Made by a program: the position numbers and the translations under genes. Below, one piece after another: positions 11,767 through 24,720 of a stretch of DNA of 64,000 bases; positions within the stretch are counted from its first letter, which is position 1; each line of letters starts with the position of its first letter. The notes under the pieces are model-generated. The model did not search any database, was not told where the DNA came from, and saw nothing but the letters and a program-made list of their open reading frames with translations. The DNA comes from Eledone cirrhosa. Its lineage: Eukaryota. The stretch spans positions 198,896,001 to 198,960,000 of the forward strand of contig OZ024742.1 of NCBI GenBank assembly GCA_964016885.1, given 5' to 3'.

Positions 11767-12018
11767 TGTGGTTAGAAAAAGCTATCTCACTTACCGCTTT
11801 TCATAGGCGCCGCTAAATTCCACTGCTGGTCTCTCCTCTTCCACGTGTGTCCAACTGCTTAACACCGGGAGCTGCCAAAACTCGCGTCCACACCGTTGTT
11901 AGTCACCACTAGAGAGAGCCATCTGCTGGCCCTTCCGGTCGAGCATCCTTCCGGCCAAGCACCCTTCCGGTCAAGCACTCCCCCGCTTCCGGCCACCACA
12001 CGCCACACCATACCCACA
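11767..12018 (-). repeat. LTR, left arm (about 252 bp)
   Basis: Minus strand TGTGGGTATGG...CTAACCACA directly after a polypurine tract. Confidence 0.85.
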
Positions 12019-12031
12019 CGCCCCCCTGATC

Positions 12032-13483
12032 TCAAGGATCAATTTCCCCCTCGTCCTTCTGCATATGAAAGTCTGCTGTCCAGGTTGGTGGTTTACGACT
12101 TCTTTGCGATCTCCGCCGTGTTGGGGAAGCACTTTGGGTTTCCTCTTCCTCGGAGTCCGTTGACACAGTAATTCTACGGACATCCAGGACATGACGTGGT
12201 ACTCCGTCCACGGACACATTGTTCTGGGAATTTACGGCCGTCACCGTTCCCTTTCCCCATTGAGATGTGCAACGTGCGTCTGGGGGCTTAACCCAGACTT
12301 CTTCGCCCACCTGCACGAATGCACTCTCTCTCCCCACTGGCCGTTGTGGTGGCGTGCACGGGTTCCACCACTCGTATCTGAATACTGCTCTGTGTGGCAC
12401 CGATTCCTCGACCTGTCCCACCTGAGGGGACATGTTGTACCAGAACACTGCCTCCATTGGTGAGATATGGCCCCGCTCCGCCATTGCCTTGATCGTCCGG
12501 TGGTGTCGCACCACAATTCCATTCCCGCTCGGCCTGTGCGCTGCTCTGAAGAAACGGTCCACCTTCCATCCATCGAGCATCTCCCTCAGCGCCTCCGAGC
12601 GGAACACTGCGCTGTTGTCCATCAGCAGTTCGTCCACAGGGTCCCGCTCCAAGAACACCTCTCTCAACGTCCGCACGATTTCCTCGGCCGTTCCAGTCTT
12701 CATCTCCCTCCATATCGTCATTCGACCTGGTCCACAGTCGACCATCGAGAGGTACGTTCCCTGTTGGTAGTGCGTTACATCCACCACCAATCGCTTCCAG
12801 TCGCGATCCACCGGCAGGCTTCCCGTTTCGTGTACACCCGGAGCGGGATCAATGGACTGACATCGGATGCAGCCTCTAACCACCCTTTGAACACTGTGTC
12901 TGTTAACGTCCGAGTCGATTCTCCTGGCTAGGAACAGGCTCCTATCCACTCCCATGTGGTGCATGTCATGCAACCCTTTCAGATCCGACTCGGTCAGCCG
13001 ACACACGGCAGCTATCTCATCTTCTACCTCCTCCGGCGCTTCCATCCAGGCTTTCTTCACCCTAGTTAAGATGTCCGCCCTATTTTTCTCTGAGGGCACG
13101 AAAACTACGCTCAGCCTCAGGTCGAACTCGGTGGCCAGCTCTCCTAAAGTTCCCAGGCGGCGCTTTATCAGCATCTCCGCCGCCCCTCTCGTTCGCACTC
13201 TCTTCTCACTGGTGAGCACTGATCTCACCCATCCGAGTACAGTAGCCGAGTCGGTGCGTATCTCGATGGTGCGCAGTCCCCACCTCAGGGCGAGGTTCAC
13301 CCCTCTCAACACTGCGTCCAACTCGGCCACATTGATGTGGTTGCAGTCGTCCTTCTTCCTAAGCCAGGCTGCATCCTCGACCTCAACACCTCCTATCTCC
13401 AACGTGACACCCAGCGCTATGCTGCTGGCATCGCACCATACAGTCCCGCTCTGTGATTTGGGAACATACCAGCGTCCCCGCAC
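12032..13483 (-). pseudogene. Gypsy pol RNase H + integrase, open frame, 5' end lost at the inversion junction
   Basis: VWCDASS, HINVAEL, IRTDS, NRAD (RNase H); HDMHH..CIRC (Zn finger); VDVTH, LMDN, GNGIVVR (DDE core, with the E apparently changed to V). Confidence 0.85.
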
Positions 13484-13784
13484 TTCGTGCAGGTGGGTGA
13501 AGAAGTCTGGGTTAAGCCCCCAGATGCACGTTGCACATCTCAATGGGGAAAGGGAACGGTGACGGCCGTAAATTCCCAGAACAATGTGTCCGTGGACGGA
13601 GTACCACGTCATGTCCTGGATGTCCGTAGAATCACTGTGTCAACGGACTCCGAGGAAGAGGAAACCCAAAGTGCTGCCCCAACACTGCGGAGATCGCAAA
13701 GAAGTCGTAAACCACCAACCTGGACAGCAGACTTTCATATGCAGAAGGACGAGGGGGAAATTGATCCTTGATATCAGGGGGGCG

Positions 13785-14030
13785 TGTGGGTATGGAGTGG
13801 CGTGCGGTGGCCGGAAGCGGGAGAGTGCTCGACCGGAAGGGTGCTTGGCCGGAAGGATGCTCGACCGGAAGGGCCAGCAGAGGGCCTCTCTAGTGGTGAC
13901 CAGCAGCGGTGTGGACGCGAGTTTTGGCAGCTCCCGGTGTTAAGCAGTTGGACGCACGTGGAAGAGGAGTAACCTGCAGTGGAGTTAGCGGCGCCTATGA
14001 AAAGCGGTGAGATAGCTTTTTCTAACCACA
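13785..14030 (+). repeat. LTR, right arm (about 246 bp), inverted relative to the left LTR
   Basis: TGTGGGTATGG...CTAACCACA after CAGGGGGGCG. Confidence 0.85.
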
Positions 14031-14159
14031 AGTAATACAACATATAGTTAAGGGTGAAAGCAGCGATTCTTTGCTTAAACTTTAATCTGTTATTTTAATA
14101 AATATATATATATATATATAACTTAGATTTCAGCCAGTATAGACTCAAGCCATATCTAA

Positions 14160-14350
14160 CATAATTGTTTCTACTTTTGGCACAAGGCCAGCAAATACCC
14201 AGTACATTACTGGTACTTTATTTTATCGACCCGGTAAGGATGAAAGGCAAAGTCAACCTCGGCGGGATTTGAGCTCAGATCGTAAAGGGACGTAACTATG
14301 CTGCAAAGCATGGCATCCGACTCTCTACCGATACTGCCAATTCACCGCCC
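14160..14350 (-). mobile_element. tRNA-derived SINE, full length
   Basis: Reverse complement of the 6757 SINE, including the GGCGGTGAATTGGCAG head. Confidence 0.85.
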
Positions 14351-14369
14351 CATAATAGCACCATTTGAG

Positions 14370-15050
14370 GAGTCATTCACATGTCAGTCGTGTTTTGGAC
14401 ACCATAGCCCACTCCAGTAAAGATTTATTGTTTCTGGAGATATATTCAAGTGTTGGAGGTTTATCCAGAATTTCTTGGAGAAATTTGTCCGGGAACCTTT
14501 TTAAATTTGATGGGATCTGTTTCTGTTTTAATGTATTTTGGTATGATACTAAAGAAAGCAAGACTAGTTCAGATGAAATAGTTGTGTTGTAATGTTATGG
14601 AATGTGAGGTTGATTTTTATACTGAGCAGATAGCATGGGACTATGTCTTGGGTGGATTTGAAAATTGATGTTAACATCATTTCGGCAATGTTGATGGAAT
14701 ATTTTCTACAACATACATATGTTGTAGCACTCAAGCCAGCATCAGAGAAAGTAGAGTTTGAGATTTTCTAGTCGACCCAAATAGTCAAGGCCTGTCATGC
14801 CATCTATCTTTTTTGTAATTAATATCTGAGTACTTTAATTTTCATAATACTTTGTTTTATGTGAGGAAACCACAGTGGACAACAGTATTCAAGGTGGGGC
14901 TGGGCAAAGGTAGAGAAGAGAAGGATAATGGTGTGAATTTAAGAATCCAGGAACACACCTCTATGAGCCATGTCAACTCTGCTGTTTGTGTGGGTATTCC
15001 AGCTTAAGTTGAGCTTAATGTATTCCTTTCACCACAACACACTGGGCTCT
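14370..15050 (-). mobile_element. CR1-group LINE 3' remnants
   Basis: Minus frames give FAQPHLEYCCPLWFPH (~14860-14930) and KRFPDKFLQEILDKP (~14450-14500). Confidence 0.6.
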
Positions 15051-16350
15051 GTTCACCACAACAAGCCTCTAAAGTATGTGAAGTCCTTCACATACTTAGG
15101 AAGTAAAACCAATTCTAGCACTTCTCTAGATGATGAAATAGTGAATAGAATCATGATGCCTTTGGAAAGCTGTGAGCAAGGGTATGGAATTAGAGTGGAT
15201 TGAGTTTAAAAACCCAAATCTTAGTTTATCGTGTAGTTGTCATCTCAACATTGCTGTTTGGGTCTGAATCGAGAGCACCATATAGAAAATATATCATACA
15301 GCTAGATACTTTCCACAAGAGATGTCTCAGAAATATCTGTGGTTTTACATGGAAGGACAAAGTCTCTAATGAACAGTTGTTTCATAAATTTCATATTCAA
15401 AGCATAGAGGCCTTCTTAATAAAGTCTGAATTAAGATGGACTGGCCATGTTGCTAGGATGAACGATGAAAGACTATCTAAAGCCATCACTCATGGCTAAA
15501 TTCAAGCAGGAGCACAAAATGTAGGAAGAACCCTTCTTAGATACAAGGATATCAGCATCAGCATCTGGTGGCCTCAGCCAAAATCGACTCAACAATTGAT
15601 TTCCACATGGGTCTGTTGATATATGCCAAATCCTGGATTTCAATACCAGAATCTCTGGAGATGACATCGGGAGAGGAGAGCTTGCGCCCCCTGTTATTAG
15701 TGACTGCTTGTGGTTTCCAAAGCAGTGATGGGGACACAGCCTCATAGGTGGCACGATGGCAGTGGCCAGCAAATCTTACTCTCCTCTTACGTACAACAAC
15801 AGATATGCGTGGGAGGCCAGCATATATCTCTCTCAAAGTTAGATGCCACCAGCTTATGTTCTGAATGGGTCGAAGTAGCCGAGTGTAGGTGCCATCAAGA
15901 CGCTTTTGTTGTTTGGATGAAAATGTCCATGTTTCAGTTCCATACAGTAAGATTGGTTGAATTGTTAGTTGGAAGAGTCTGATTTTGGTGTGGTTGGAAA
16001 GATTTGAGCGCCAAACTCGATCCATCTTGTTGCAAGCTGACCATGCTTGGGCCTTTCTGGTGGCAAAATCTTTCTCAGAGTCCATGATCCAGGACTCAAG
16101 ATACTTGAAATCCTCAACTTGCTGGATATCACTGCTGTTAATTGCTTTGATGTTGTTGCCTGTACAACATATGTACTCTGGTTTACCCTTGTTGAGATGA
16201 AGGCCAACGAAGGCGGCTGCTTCCTGGAGAGATGTCAAAGGATATACTGAAGAATAACATCAAGCATATTGGAATACAACCATCAGAATTTGAGGAATGT
16301 GCTGCTGATCATAATAGGTGGAGGAAAATCTGTCAAAATGACACCAGGAG
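15050..16350 (+). mobile_element. RTE LINE 3' fragment interrupted by a nested insertion
   Basis: VKSFTYLGS, VVISTLLFGSE, LRWTGHVARM, GR..LRYKD, resuming after 16238 as KDILKNNIK..WR. Confidence 0.8.
15553..16237 (-). mobile_element. 5'-truncated RTE-like LINE nested in another RTE, 8-bp TSD AAGGATAT
   Basis: VEDFKYL, ILLYGTETW, RFAGHC. TSD at 15545-15552 and 16238-16245. Short (GATGCT) tail. Confidence 0.85.
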
Positions 16351-16392
16351 ACATCTCAACACAAAGATTAAGCAATTACTCTCAGGTCTCAA

Positions 16393-16922
16393 ATAATTGT
16401 TTCTACTTTAGGCACAAGGCCAGCAATTAGCCAGTGCATTACTGGTACTTTATTTTATCGACCCCGTAAGGATGAAAGGCAAAGTCAACCTCGGCGGGAT
16501 TTGAACTCAGATCGTAAAGGGACGTAACTATGCTGCAAAGCATGGCGTCCGACCCTCTACCGATACTGCCAATCCACCGCCCCTCAGGTCTCAAATAATG
16601 CGTCATCGTTGTGCCCCACACCACTTATAGATTTTGAACTCAGAACGTAAAGGGACATAACTATATGCCACAAAATATTGTCCAACGTTCTACTGATACT
16701 GACATTCCACCATCCTAAACACCAGCTTAATAATTGTTTCAAATATAGGCACAAGGCCAGCAATTTTGGGGGAGGGGAAAGTCAATTAAATCGACCCCAG
16801 TGCATAAAGATGAAAGGCAAAGCTAACTTCAGCGGGATTTTAAATCAGAACGTAAATGGCCATAACTCTAGCCATAAATCATGGTGTCTGATGCTCTACC
16901 GATACTGCCAATCCACCACCCT
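16393..16922 (-). mobile_element. Cluster of tRNA-derived SINE copies
   Basis: Full copy at 16393-16583, partial at about 16630-16710, another at 16730-16922. Confidence 0.8.
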
Positions 16923-17651
16923 TACACCAGCTTAATAATGAGAAACTTTACTACTAAATCCCACCAAATTCTTGATTATATTTTTCAAGATAGTTTGAAA
17001 ATTTTAGGTAGTGTCTTTTATAAGAAATACAGAAATGAAAGGGTTAATATAGATTATAAATTATTCAGTTCTGATATTTATAACATAGTATATGTACTGT
17101 GGCATTGTTGCTATTGTTATTGATGTTGTTGTTTAGTCCCAACTCAATCCTGAAAATAGTTTTTGAGATTCTGGTCTAGATACAATGTTATCTAAACTCT
17201 TGTTTCAGAACTAGAATTTGTTGAGAAGCATTTAAACACAGATTACAAAATTGTTTTGTTTTGACATTATATAACATTATATAACACTAGAACTTTTTTC
17301 AACATGTTGACACGTTTGTGCATGTGTGTATGTGCATATACATACATTTATATGTATGTTTATATATATATATAAACACACAAACACAGACACATATACA
17401 AAAATGCACACTCACAGACATACATTCACACAAACACACACATACATACATTTACACAAACATACACTTACACTCACACACAAAGTAGCAAATGGAACAC
17501 CAGCTGCTATTTTGCTATAGCTTTTTCCACCATTCCCTTCCTTCCTTTTACACACACATACATTCACACAAACACACACATTGTATGACAGACGGAAGTC
17601 ACTCAAATTTATATATAGATTATATATGCTAGTGTGTTGTTGTAGTTGTTG

Positions 17652-18150
17652 TTTAGCCCCAGGACAATCCTGGGTATAGTTTATGAGATTCGAGTGTAGA
17701 TGCAGTGTTAAGATTATTTAAATTCTTGTTTCAGAACTAGAAATTGTTGAAAAGTATTTAACACAGATTACAAAATTATGTTCTATTGACAATATATAAC
17801 ATTATATATGCTATTACATTGTTGTTACTGTTGTTGTTTAGTCAGCAGGTCACCTCTGAGTAAGGCAGACCTATGTTGTAATGAAACACATATTAGGTCA
17901 CAAATACTCTTTTGTTTGATTTCTTTTTATATAAGGCAATGTTATATCATTTTCTTAGGGATGGTGGTCTGGCAGATTCATCAAAGCATTGGAAAAAATA
18001 CATTGCAGAATTTGTTTTGGCTCTTTAAATTCTGAGTTCAAATCCCATGAAAGTTAAGCTGGATTGTTTGGAGACAGTTGCTTTTGGTAGGACCTTCTGG
18101 AAGGCATGTATGAGAACTCTGTCTCCATGGCTCTCCTAGGAATTAGTGTG
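17652..18150 (+). repeat. Segment duplicated in inverted orientation at about 30745-31281
   Basis: Near-identical reverse complement; it gives the same spurious ORF MLLHCCYCCCLVSRSPLSKADLCC on opposite strands. Confidence 0.85.
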
Positions 18151-19344
18151 AGAAGAAGAAGAAGACGACGACGACGACGACGACGAACTTGTTCAGTGTT
18201 AAGTTATGTTCCAAACATCAATTTGATCATGGAAAAGTTACTAAAGTTGAAGTATATAAACCATCCTTCATTGGAAATATGGTAATGAAAAGGTTATCAT
18301 TGTATCTAGGCAAGACTCTTGTAAACTTTATTTAGGATTGACCTGGGGTTAAACAACAACATCATCATCGTCATAGATTATATATAACATTATATAATGT
18401 CAATTTGTAATCTGTGTTAAATGTTTTTCAACTAATTCTAGTTCTGAATTTAAAAGCAAGTAAAAAATGTAGGTAACCTCTGCTATATACTATCTGGACC
18501 AGGATCTTGTGTACTTTTAGAAAAAGGTACTGATATTTACAATGAAAAAAAAAGACAACAACGACAACAACAACAAACATAAATAAATATATAGGTAAAA
18601 GACTGTGTGATGTAACTATTTGTCTTGTGAAATAACATGTGATTACCAAAACGGAAAGATTCCTAGATTTTGACAAATTGGTTTCGAAAGGTCACTTGTT
18701 ACTGACATATTGTCATGAACAAAATGAAAAATACATATGTATATATATATATATATATATACTAGCAGATTTACCCGGCGTTGCTCGGGGTTTGAAATGA
18801 TGCTAAGAATATACAGCAAGGAAGTAAAAGAAGAACATTCAGTAATGCACTGGGTAATTGCTGGCCTTGTGCCTAAAGTAGAAACAATTATTTGTCCCAA
18901 CCTGTCAAAATAAGCAGAAGTCTTCAATAATTAATGCAAACGAATATTTAGTGCAATCTTTGTACACATAAAACTATGTTGATAATGAAGGAAAACACTG
19001 AACAGGGTGTAGTTATACGAATGATTAAAGACAATACACGTTGCAGATCTGTAAAAAAACAGGCAGTTTTGCTAAAGTACAAAAAGTTGTAATGAAAGCA
19101 GAGTTGTATACAAACAAAAAAACAATGAGAGTAGAATAAGAGAAAATCTATTCTTTGAGAACATCCTTTGCTGTGTATGGTTAAATTTTTAACTTATAAT
19201 CCAAAATATCCTGCATGACATATTGATTGGTATGTTTTGTAATGAGTAAGGTGAAGTCAAGGCAGAGCTGTAATAAGTTTTTTTGTTAACACTAAAGCAC
19301 TTCAGGATAGACGATATTCTTTGTTTTTCTTTTCGGAACAAACG

Positions 19345-22300
19345 TGTAGCGACGTGGTTAGTCAGTCTAGTCACTACTTCTGATCAGATGCGAGAATAGT
19401 CCTTAGAAGGACTGTTATCGCATACGGTCTGATCAGATATGAAGATAGCCCTTAAAAGGACTGTTGTCGCATATAGCCCTTAAAAGAACTGTTGAGGATG
19501 GACAGACGAAAGCACAAGTTGAAAGGACGAAGCAAGGCGAGATGTAAATTCGATCAGCTATTTATTTTCACATGAAGCGACGATACGGGGTACAAGGCGT
19601 GTGAGTGACAAAGCGTGGCAGAGGCGAGGAACAACGATGCGCTAGCTGACTCTGCCAAAAGTCGACTGGCGAAGTGTTGGAAACCACTCTATTTATACAG
19701 GAACAATCCTTTGTTGTTTAGTCGATGTGTAGGCGTTTATTCTGGTAGGTTTTAAGGATTCTTTTGTTTCACGTTGAAGTAGCTAGCTAACGGTAGATGG
19801 CGCTGTATATTTCACAGCTGTTATTTCCGGTGGCTGTACATTAGCCCCCTGCCAGTTCTTTTGTACAACAAAAGAGCGAAATATCGTATAGTAATGGGCC
19901 AGTGGTGCATTTGTCATGACAATAGACCAAGGGGTGTCCAACACGTTGTGAAATTTTGTGATCATCGAGTACAGGACAGAGTCGATGTAGAGATGATATG
20001 GCAAGATGTGTGTGTCAGGAAGAGAAAAAAGAAATAAACTATAAAATGACTTTGACCAGATTTATGCAGGCGTGATGAATGAGCCTGTTGCAATTTGGGT
20101 TGAGCTGCCTGTGAATTGCGTGACAAAAAGTCTAACTGGGCAGTGAAGATAACCGTAATGTGTGAACTGAATGGCCGTAAGCATGCTGCCTAAAAGTAAC
20201 AGTTTGCTCCACAGCATATGACTTGAGCGAATGCATGTGGTAAAAAAAAAATAGCGAGGCATTCTCGAGCTATTGAGTGAATGTGTACGTGAAAAAAGAA
20301 GGGCAGTGTTTTGAGGATGCGATTTGTGAAATGCGTGATCAAAGAGAAAACATTTTTTAGTGTAAGAGTTAGAGGGACACAAATATCTATTGCTCAGTGT
20401 ATGAACTAAAAGGTGAAACAAACGTAGTTTTGTAGTGTGCATGAAAAACAGAATATGTACACGCCTTGTATGTATTTAAAAATTATGGCAATTACAAAAT
20501 CAATGTTACAGAACAAGAAAAATTCAAATTTTGCAAAACAAGAGAGAGGAAAAAAGAACAAAAAAATGTTATACACAATGATATACACAATGTTTGTTCT
20601 TAAATAGAGTTTGTAATAAATAATGTTCTTCGTGACATGAGCTCATGGTCACTAAAAATTGCAATTGTTCAAGCAGAAAGTTCATTGTATTTGAAACTGG
20701 AAATAGTAAACACAAGAAAAATGGAAATATTTTGCACGAAGAATGATTAAGAAACTCACTTGAGGTTAACGGTAATTCAAATATTGTGCCAACTTTGCGG
20801 GCCAGTGGACGCGTCGTCCGCTTCTCGTGACTGGAGATGAAACAGGTGGCTCGCTGGGACAGCAATCTGTTGGAGTTTCTGGTGTAGAGACTATAACAGT
20901 ATCCATGATGGCTTTTTTTAATCTGTCCACGCTGACAGAATTCTGTTTACCATCTAGATCGAGAATAAAATATTTCGGATATCTTTTTAGAACACGATAA
21001 GGGCCAGAATATGGAGGTCGAAGATGAGCAGAGATGGTGTCGTTTCGAACGAAAACGTGTGTCCAATCTTTAATGCCTGAAGGTACGTGTGTGGCCGTGT
21101 TCTGTTGACGGGTGCTTGCAGGAGCAAGGTGAGACATATATTGTCGAAGACGGTGTACGTATGATCCTGGGTCTGAGGAGAGATGGGAGCAACCATCTGA
21201 CCAGGTAGAACCAGGGTGGTGCCGTACAATAATTCTGCAGGTGTGTGTCCGAATTCCTCTTTAACGGTGGATCGAATGCCCAGAAAGATGAGTGGTAGGT
21301 ATTCAAACCAGTGGGTCTTGTCTGGATATGCTTTTATTGCAGCTTTCAATTGGCGATGGAATCTTTCCACGAGACCATAAGCTTGAGGGTGATAAGCTGC
21401 CGTGCGTATGTGTTTACATCCTAACAGGCGAGTCAGTTCCCTGAAGAGGTGGGAGTCAAATTGGCGTCCTCTGTCCGTTGTTATCTTCGCTGGGGCGCCA
21501 TAACGTGATACCCAGTGTAAAATCAAAGTTTTAGCGACTGTTTCCGCTGAAGTATCATTTATGGAAAAAACCTCAGGCCAACGAGAAAATCGATCTATGC
21601 AGGTGAGCAAGTGTGTGTAGTTCTGTGATGGTGGTAGAGGTCCGACGATGTCGATATGCACATGATGAAAACGTGCATCAGGTTGCGCGAATGTGCCGAG
21701 TGGAGTTTTGATGTGTCTGTGGACTTTGGCTTTCTGGCAGGCAATGCAGCTCCTGGACCAGTCGCGCACGTCCTTGTTAATGTTAGTCTACACAAAACGA
21801 GCAGAGATGAGATTCTGTGTAGCCCGGGTTTCCGGGTGAGACAAGCAGTGTAAAGCAGAAAAAACTTGTCGACGATGCATCTGTGGTACGTACGGTCGTT
21901 CATGACCGGTAGAAAGGTCGCACCAAATTTGTCCCGGAGAAGAAGGAATGGGAACTTGCTGAAACTTGAGGGATGGCGAATCTCGGAGCTTGATAAACTC
22001 TTCGTCAGTCTCTTGGTCAGCTGCGATCTGTTGAAGGTCCATGCCTGAATGCACATGTATTGCGTTCAGCTGGATTCGGGACAGGGCGTCGGCTGCTACG
22101 TTGTCTGATCCCTTGATATGCCGAATATCAGTTGAATATTGGGAGACAAAATCCAGGTGTCGGAGTTCTCTCGGTGAATGTCGATCAGGTTTGGTACGGA
22201 ACGCATAAACTAGTGGTTTATGGTCCGTGTAGATCACGAAATCTGATCCTTCGAGCATGTGCCGAAAATGCTTAACCGAAAGATAGGTTGCCAAAAGTTC

Positions 22301-24720
22301 GCGGCCAAAGGTACTGCATTTCGTTTCTGCCGGTTGCAACCGCTTAGAAAAGAAGGATAAGGGTTGCCACACGCCGTCGACATGTTGTTGTAGATCGCCT
22401 CCAACCCCCGTGTCTGATGCGTCCACTAGCAGCGAAAGAGGGGCGCCAGACCTGGGGAAAACGAGCATGGAAGCGTTTGCCAACATTTCCTTCAGGCGGT
22501 TAAAAGATGTTAATTCTTCCTCGTTCAGAGTGGTCTCTTCGTTTTTGTGAGTCCGGTTACGAAGAAGGTCCGTGAGGAGTCTGGCTGCGTCGGAACAATG
22601 AGGGATGAACCGCCTATAAAAATTCACCAGACCGAGGAATTCACGCAGTTTCCGAAGTGATGTAGGTGCAGGAAAACTGCGGATAGCTTCTACTTTCTCG
22701 GGAAGTGGACGAATGCCGTCTTTATCGATGATGTGCCCGAGAAAGGACAGTGAAGGAACGTCGAGAAGGCACTTGCTGGGGTTGATAATGATACCGTACT
22801 CGGCCAAACGTCGGAAAAGGAGATCTAAGTGCTTCTCGTGTTCATTCTCGGAAGCACTTGCTACCAGTACGTCGTCAATATACGCGTATACGAAGGGTAG
22901 ATCGCGTAACACGGTGTCAATAAACCGCTGAAAAGTTTGTGCAGCGTTGCGCAGACCGAACGGCATTCGCAGGAATTCGAATAAACCGAACGGTGTTGTG
23001 ATTGCGGTCTTCGGAATGTCTGCAGGCTCCATAGGTATCTGGTTATATGCACGCACCAAATCTACCTTGGAAAAGATGCGTGCGCTTTGCAGAGAGGCAG
23101 AAAAATCGTGCAGGTGAGGTACAGGGTAATTATCGGGCACTGTAGAATTGTTAAGTGCACGATAATCCCCACGTGGTCGCCAATCATTCTCGTTTTTTTT
23201 TTTTGGAACAAGGTGGTGTAGGGGTGCAGACCAGTTGCTGGAGGAAGGGCGAATGATTCCGAGGTCCAGCATGTGTTGGAACTCCTGCTTGGCGATTCTC
23301 AATCGGTCTGGAGGCAGTCTCCTTGGTCGGGCAGCTGTGGGTGGTCTCTTTGTCTCGATGTGGTGCGTCACACTATGCTTAATGGGACCATCCTTAAATA
23401 CCGGGCGAGTGATGTCTGGGTATTTCTGGAGAATGCCGTTGTACCGCGAAGGCTCTGACTGGCACATTACAAGGCTCACTGTGGATTGCGTGGTAAATAT
23501 ACCTCTCACAGTGAGGTTTGTGGTGGTGTCAATAAGCCTCCGGTTGAAGTAAGGGAGAAAATCGGCTCCTAGGATCGGGGTCGGCAGATCTGCCACGACG
23601 AACACCCATTGAAAAAACCGCCTCAGGCCTAAATTGAGGGTCAGAGACTTCTCCCCGAAAGTCGGAAGTGACGATTGATTCACTGCGTGCAAAAAGGACG
23701 GGGTTGGGTGTCTTTTGCCCGAGATCAGTGAAACCGGAATAACACTGACCTGGGCTCCTGTATCCACGAGGTATCGGATGCCTGTCGCCTGGTCGTTAAT
23801 AAAAAATAGACGACTTTTCTTTTCAGTACCAGGGGTGAACGTCGTCGCCAGGCCCTGGGTGGCATTCCGGAAAGAGCACGGGGCTTTGCACTTAGATGCC
23901 TGTGCGCCGAAATTTGTGTGATACCAGCAGAGGTTGCCAGGCACACGATTTTGACTGGGACTACTGGATCTTTGACTGTGAAAAGGCCTGGATCGATTGT
24001 TGCTGCGTCGCCGGTGTGTTTGAAAGGTCAGGTTCTCTACTTGATTTGAGAGGGTTTTAATTTGACCAGCCCGCTCTCTGATCATAGCCCGCAGCTCTGA
24101 AATGTCGACCTCTGTCGTTGGTTGCATGTCCATGTTGGTATTTTCTTAGGTGCTGTCTGGTTGCGCGTTCGACTCACATTCGGGTCACCAATTGTGGCGA
24201 CGTGGTTAGTCAGTCTAGTCCCTACTTCTGATCAGATGCGAGAATAGTCCTTAGAAGGACTGTTATCGCATACGGTCTGATCAGATATGAAGATAGCCCT
24301 TAAAAGGACTGTTGTCGCATATAGCCCTTAAAAGAACTGTTGAGGATGGATAGACGAAAGCACAAGTTGAAAGGACGAAGCAAGGTGAGATGTAAATTCG
24401 ATCAGCTATTTATTTTCACATGAAGCGACGATACGAGGTACAAGGCGTGTGAGTGACAAAGCGTGGCAGAGGCGAGGAACAACGATGCGCTAGCTGACTC
24501 TGCCAAAAGTCGACTGGCGAAGTGTTGGAAACCACTCCATTTATACAGGAACAATCCTTTGTTGGTTAATCGATGTATAGGCGTTTATTCTGGTAGGTTC
24601 TTATTCTGGTAGGTTCTAATTCTGGTAGGTTCTAAGGGTTCTTTTGTTTCACGTTGAAGTAGCTAGCTAACGGTAGATGGCGCTGTATATTTCACAGCTA
24701 TTATTTCCGGTGGCTGTACA
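19345..24720 (-). mobile_element. Gypsy LTR retrotransposon, CsRN1-like clade, with both LTRs and 4-bp TSD AACG
   Basis: LTRs 24193-24720 (5') and 19345-19840 (3'), TG...CA. PBS TGGTGACCCG (tRNA-Trp-like). PPT AGGGGG. TSD at 19341-19344 and 24721-24724. Gag CHCC motif CWYH..FG..A..C...C. Confidence 0.95.
20766..24133 (-). pseudogene. Truncated gag + pol (PR, RT, RNase H, integrase) with one in-frame stop (21788) and a frameshift near 21150
   Basis: [10 protein letters not shown]; YIDD; VDASD; [28 protein letters not shown]; GPY motif. ORFs 21788-24133 and 20987-21769 are in the same frame. Confidence 0.9.

Larger units (their letters stand above)
11767..14030. mobile_element. Gypsy-derived foldback: RNase H-integrase-PPT-LTR on the minus strand plus an inverted copy of its 3' ~550 bp
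   Basis: Arms 11767-12319 and 13484-14030 are reverse complements with a few percent mismatch. Each arm ends in PPT AGGGGGGCG plus a TG...CA LTR. Confidence 0.9.

Noticed and set aside
13484-13612. N-terminus of the 526-aa ORF
   Set aside because: It is antisense read-through of the inverted arm, not genuine pol sequence.
11767-14030. DIRS element or Ginger/Polinton DNA transposon (inverted termini + integrase)
   Set aside because: No tyrosine recombinase or polB. The arms include coding sequence and a PPT, RNase H is present and there is no TSD, so a rearranged Gypsy explains it better.
17808-18035. Cys-rich small peptide duplicated at 30883-31074
   Set aside because: The cysteines come from a (TGT/TTG)n repeat within a duplicated non-coding segment.
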